DNA from: Bacteroidota bacterium
GTDB taxonomy: Bacteria > Bacteroidota > Bacteroidia > NORP154
Length of the DNA stretch: 64,000 nt
Assembly: GCA_043811005.1 (NCBI GenBank)
Contig: JBDRNO010000260.1
Coordinates: forward strand, 19,579-83,578
Reading direction: 5' to 3'
The notes under the pieces were generated by a model that worked only from the letters and a program-made list of their open reading frames with translations, did no database searches and was not told the DNA's origin. Positions 62,501-64,000 of this stretch are shown piece by piece (position 1 is the stretch's first letter; each line of letters begins with the position of its first letter). The position numbers and the translations under genes were made by a program.

Positions 62501-63161
62501 GTCTCGCTTTAAGATCTTTGGAGAGTGGTACAAACAGCTTGATGAGAAGGAGACAAATTTATATGTTTTAGGGATTGATTTTAGGAATTATTTAAAAATC
62601 CACAGGGATATTATTTGGGCAAACCGATTTGCTGCAAGCACTTCGTTTGGGGAACAGAGATTGATCTATTATCTTGGTGGAGTGGATGGATGGCTTAAGC
62701 CTGCCTATGATCAATCACTTCCTGTTGCAAATGAGCAGATTTATGCATACCAGACACTTGCAACCAATATGCGCGGCTTTTATCAGAATGTGAGAAATGG
62801 CAATAGTTTTGCATTGATCAATAGCGAACTTCGCTTGCCCGTTATTAAATACTTTTCAAACAAACCACTTAAATCCGATTTTTTGGAGAATTTTCAAATT
62901 GTTGGATTTGCTGACATTGGAACTGCCTGGACCGGAAGAAACCCTTATTCGACAGACAACTCGTTCAATACTGATGTCATTGAAAAAGGTCCAATAACAA
63001 TTATTTTAACTCATCAAAAAGAACCGATCGTTGCCGGTTATGGCTTTGGACTGAGAAGCCGGTTGTGGGGGTATTTTATAAGAGTGGATTGGGCGAGGGG
63101 AATTGAAGATGGCATTCTGTTACCTCGTATTTTTTACTGGTCTTTAAGTTTGGATTTTTAA
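59517..63161 (+). CDS. large (1,214-aa) secreted protein with TolB-like beta-propeller repeats and a C-terminal beta-barrel-like region ending in Phe
   Basis: Start taken at MRKFIIFFLLFFSL (signal peptide). PD40-like repeat (…SDGRYAAYVTNKTGKYRVWLFDLNTGKK…). C-terminal alternating hydrophobic pattern …WSLSLDF. Confidence 0.5.
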   Translation: MRKFIIFFLLFFSLHIVTDFAGMHLFAQFYNGSHQEFGKSRVQYREFLWFIYKYNKYDIYFYTGGKDIAIYTAKSADMIIEEIEDFFDFGLEDKIQFVIYNKLSDLKQSNIGFATEEQYNVGGVTHIVGSKIFLYFEGDHQKLKQQIRAGITEVLISQMMYGGNWKDMVKNSTLLSLPDWYLQGLISYVSIAWNVEIENRVRDGILSGRYKNFNRLTGDDAVYAGHSIWNFIVERYGKSLIPSILYMTKTSRNIESGFLFVLGSSLKNLTNDWLDYYYNKFYVSDKFREFPDKNSLLIKPKANRVYSQLTVNSDGRYAAYVTNKTGKYRVWLFDLNTGKKHRILSGGVKLERLNDYSYPMLAWHPSADLLSIITEKKDRILLTYYTLPSKKKHIRLFRSGREVRELHHFQKILDFSYSNDGKKFIISAVQEGRSDIFVYNTATNMYEQITNDIYDDLYPIFIHDSKEIVFSSNRVSDTIRYIHKGSFGEGGAGHTPRPPLDRVGEPAHNSPAQTIRQLADGSININTNNALSTSTGKDLFIYDYKYKSALPVNLYQTEDIKISAQTNILQKITNTPFIDEIHPVEYDDLHLSYLSIKDGIINRYLVSFDSVISHIDTIAHYRAVTTSFPITNYSRNILEHDINTKSKKYSEIIYSNGKYRMYVENILQQSDIKISESGENKIPPSDEPFHREEMNTAIEDSLIIQRFSEDNTTDLFERESEYTDITGEGKIDINNYIFEIENSPAQLRNKKPVEKSKIAGEMAREEDGISSKIKETELIPVDTTSTDNFEISDTSDLSSVSQDRTSQFFPDIFKQAKQWNYNIAFSTDYFVSQLDNSYLNETYQKFSGGGAIFTNPGLNLLFKIGISDLFEDYKIVGGVRLSGNLNSNEYFLSFENLKKRLDKQIVFHRQGFLTFQSNGTGIRVHTHDIKYVLKWPFNEIISIKGTGSLRNDRSVFLSTDYMSLQEPDIYDTWGGLKAELIFDNTINKGLNLYNGSRFKIFGEWYKQLDEKETNLYVLGIDFRNYLKIHRDIIWANRFAASTSFGEQRLIYYLGGVDGWLKPAYDQSLPVANEQIYAYQTLATNMRGFYQNVRNGNSFALINSELRLPVIKYFSNKPLKSDFLENFQIVGFADIGTAWTGRNPYSTDNSFNTDVIEKGPITIILTHQKEPIVAGYGFGLRSRLWGYFIRVDWARGIEDGILLPRIFYWSLSLDF

Positions 63162-63216
63162 AGTAAAACCGATTAACAATTATAATTCACTAATTTTACC
63201 AATTCACCAAATAATC

Positions 63217-63588
63217 ATGAGCATCGGAACATTAGTGTTATTAATAGCAATAGGTGTTATTGCAGGAATAGTAAGTGGTGTCGCAGGCGTAGGGGGAGGG
63301 ATCATAGTCGTTCCTGTTCTTGTGTTTATATTTGGTTTTAGCCAGCATAATGCCCAAGGAACCAGTATCATGTTTATGCTTCCACCCATAGGCATTCTTG
63401 CCGCTTATAATTATTATAAAGCCGGGTATGGTGACATTAAGTATGCCATACTTCTTTCAATTGCTTTTATAATTGGCGGATATTTAGGATCAAAGTTATC
63501 AATCAATCTCGCTGAAGCGACAGTAAAAAAGATATTTGGTGTGATCTTGCTGGTTGTAGCATTAAAAATGATTTTTTTTAGTAAATGA
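63217..63588 (+). CDS. TauE/SafE (TSUP) family membrane protein, half-size (4 TM)
   Basis: 123 aa, Gly-rich TM helices (…GVAGVGGGIIVVPVLV…). Confidence 0.6.
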   Translation: MSIGTLVLLIAIGVIAGIVSGVAGVGGGIIVVPVLVFIFGFSQHNAQGTSIMFMLPPIGILAAYNYYKAGYGDIKYAILLSIAFIIGGYLGSKLSINLAEATVKKIFGVILLVVALKMIFFSK

Positions 63589-63625
63589 AGGACATAGCTT
63601 TACAAATTTGTTAAAAAACTGCTAT

Positions 63626-64000
63626 TTGAAGATACAGAAAGAAAAAATAAAGGCATTATCTGCAAAGTATCTTCCGGAGGTCATCTCGATAAGGAGGTAT
63701 ATCCATGCTAATCCGGAATTGTCATTTGAAGAATACAATACTTCAAAATTTGTAGCTTCCAAACTTCGGGAATATGGTGTTAAAACACTGCATACCGGGA
63801 TAGCAAAAACTGGAATCGTAGCAGTTATTGAAGGCAAGGGGAATAGAAATGTAGCTGCTCCAACTGCTAAAAAAATTATTGCTTTACGATCCGAATTAGA
63901 TGCCCTTCCTATAGTTGAGAAAAACGATATTGAGTACAAGTCAAAGAATTATGGTGTAATGCATGCCTGCGGGCATGATGCTAATATTGCTTCATTATTG
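63626..64000 (+). CDS. M20D-family amidohydrolase (N-acyl-amino-acid amidohydrolase-like), 5' partial at window end
   Basis: Frame open to the window end, from the TTG at 63626. …IRRYIHANPELSFEEYNTSKFVASKLREYG…MHACGHDANIA… are M20D signatures. Confidence 0.7.
   Translation, partial: MKIQKEKIKALSAKYLPEVISIRRYIHANPELSFEEYNTSKFVASKLREYGVKTLHTGIAKTGIVAVIEGKGNRNVAAPTAKKIIALRSELDALPIVEKNDIEYKSKNYGVMHACGHDANIASLL

Noticed and set aside
63622-63939. 105-aa minus-strand ORF at the window end.
   Set aside because: Antisense to the M20D amidohydrolase reading frame, which has clear family motifs.

Overview
This is an AT-rich Bacteroidota-type chromosomal window. Positions 1-15,700 hold the S10-spc-alpha ribosomal protein cluster on the + strand: (rplC 3' end)-rplD-rplW-rplB-rpsS-rplV-rpsC-rplP-rpmC-rpsQ-rplN-rplX-rplE-rpsN-rpsH-rplF-rplR-rpsE-rpmD-rplO-secY-map-infA-rpmJ-rpsM-rpsK-rpsD-rpoA-rplQ. 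Housekeeping genes follow: eno, gltA, a UbiD-family decarboxylase, rmuC, rlmB, feoB, ssb, hup, rng, recX, prfB, fumC, anmK, an acyl-CoA dehydrogenase and murF. Mixed among them are T9SS/gliding-related genes: three secreted cargo proteins with T9SS C-terminal sorting domains (an M1 aminopeptidase, a BNR/sialidase-like protein and an M14 carboxypeptidase with SprB repeats), a GldE-like CorC/CBS transporter, a GldJ/GldK-family FGE-like lipoprotein, a PorP/SprF-family protein and large outer-membrane beta-barrel proteins. No rRNA, tRNA, CRISPR array, IS element or transposase was recognised.

The findings that stand out most:
- A GC-rich palindromic repeat family (core TCCGCCAGCTGGCGGA) occurs in intergenic regions and as in-frame insertions inside at least four CDSs, which is RPE-like behaviour.
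- A heptanucleotide tandem repeat, (CCTGTTT)x3, puts the T9SS sorting domain of the M14/SprB protein out of frame. This is a candidate slipped-strand phase switch.
- A recurrent AAATTCCGATAC motif sits at the Shine-Dalgarno position of seven genes in the ribosomal cluster.
- prfB carries its programmed +1 frameshift. There are also two unprogrammed frameshifts: rplB at an A6 run and the BNR T9SS cargo gene.
- A MITE-like inverted-repeat element occurs in two copies.
- The bS22, rpmD, rpmJ and FeoB-associated small protein genes fall below the ORF-track size cutoff.
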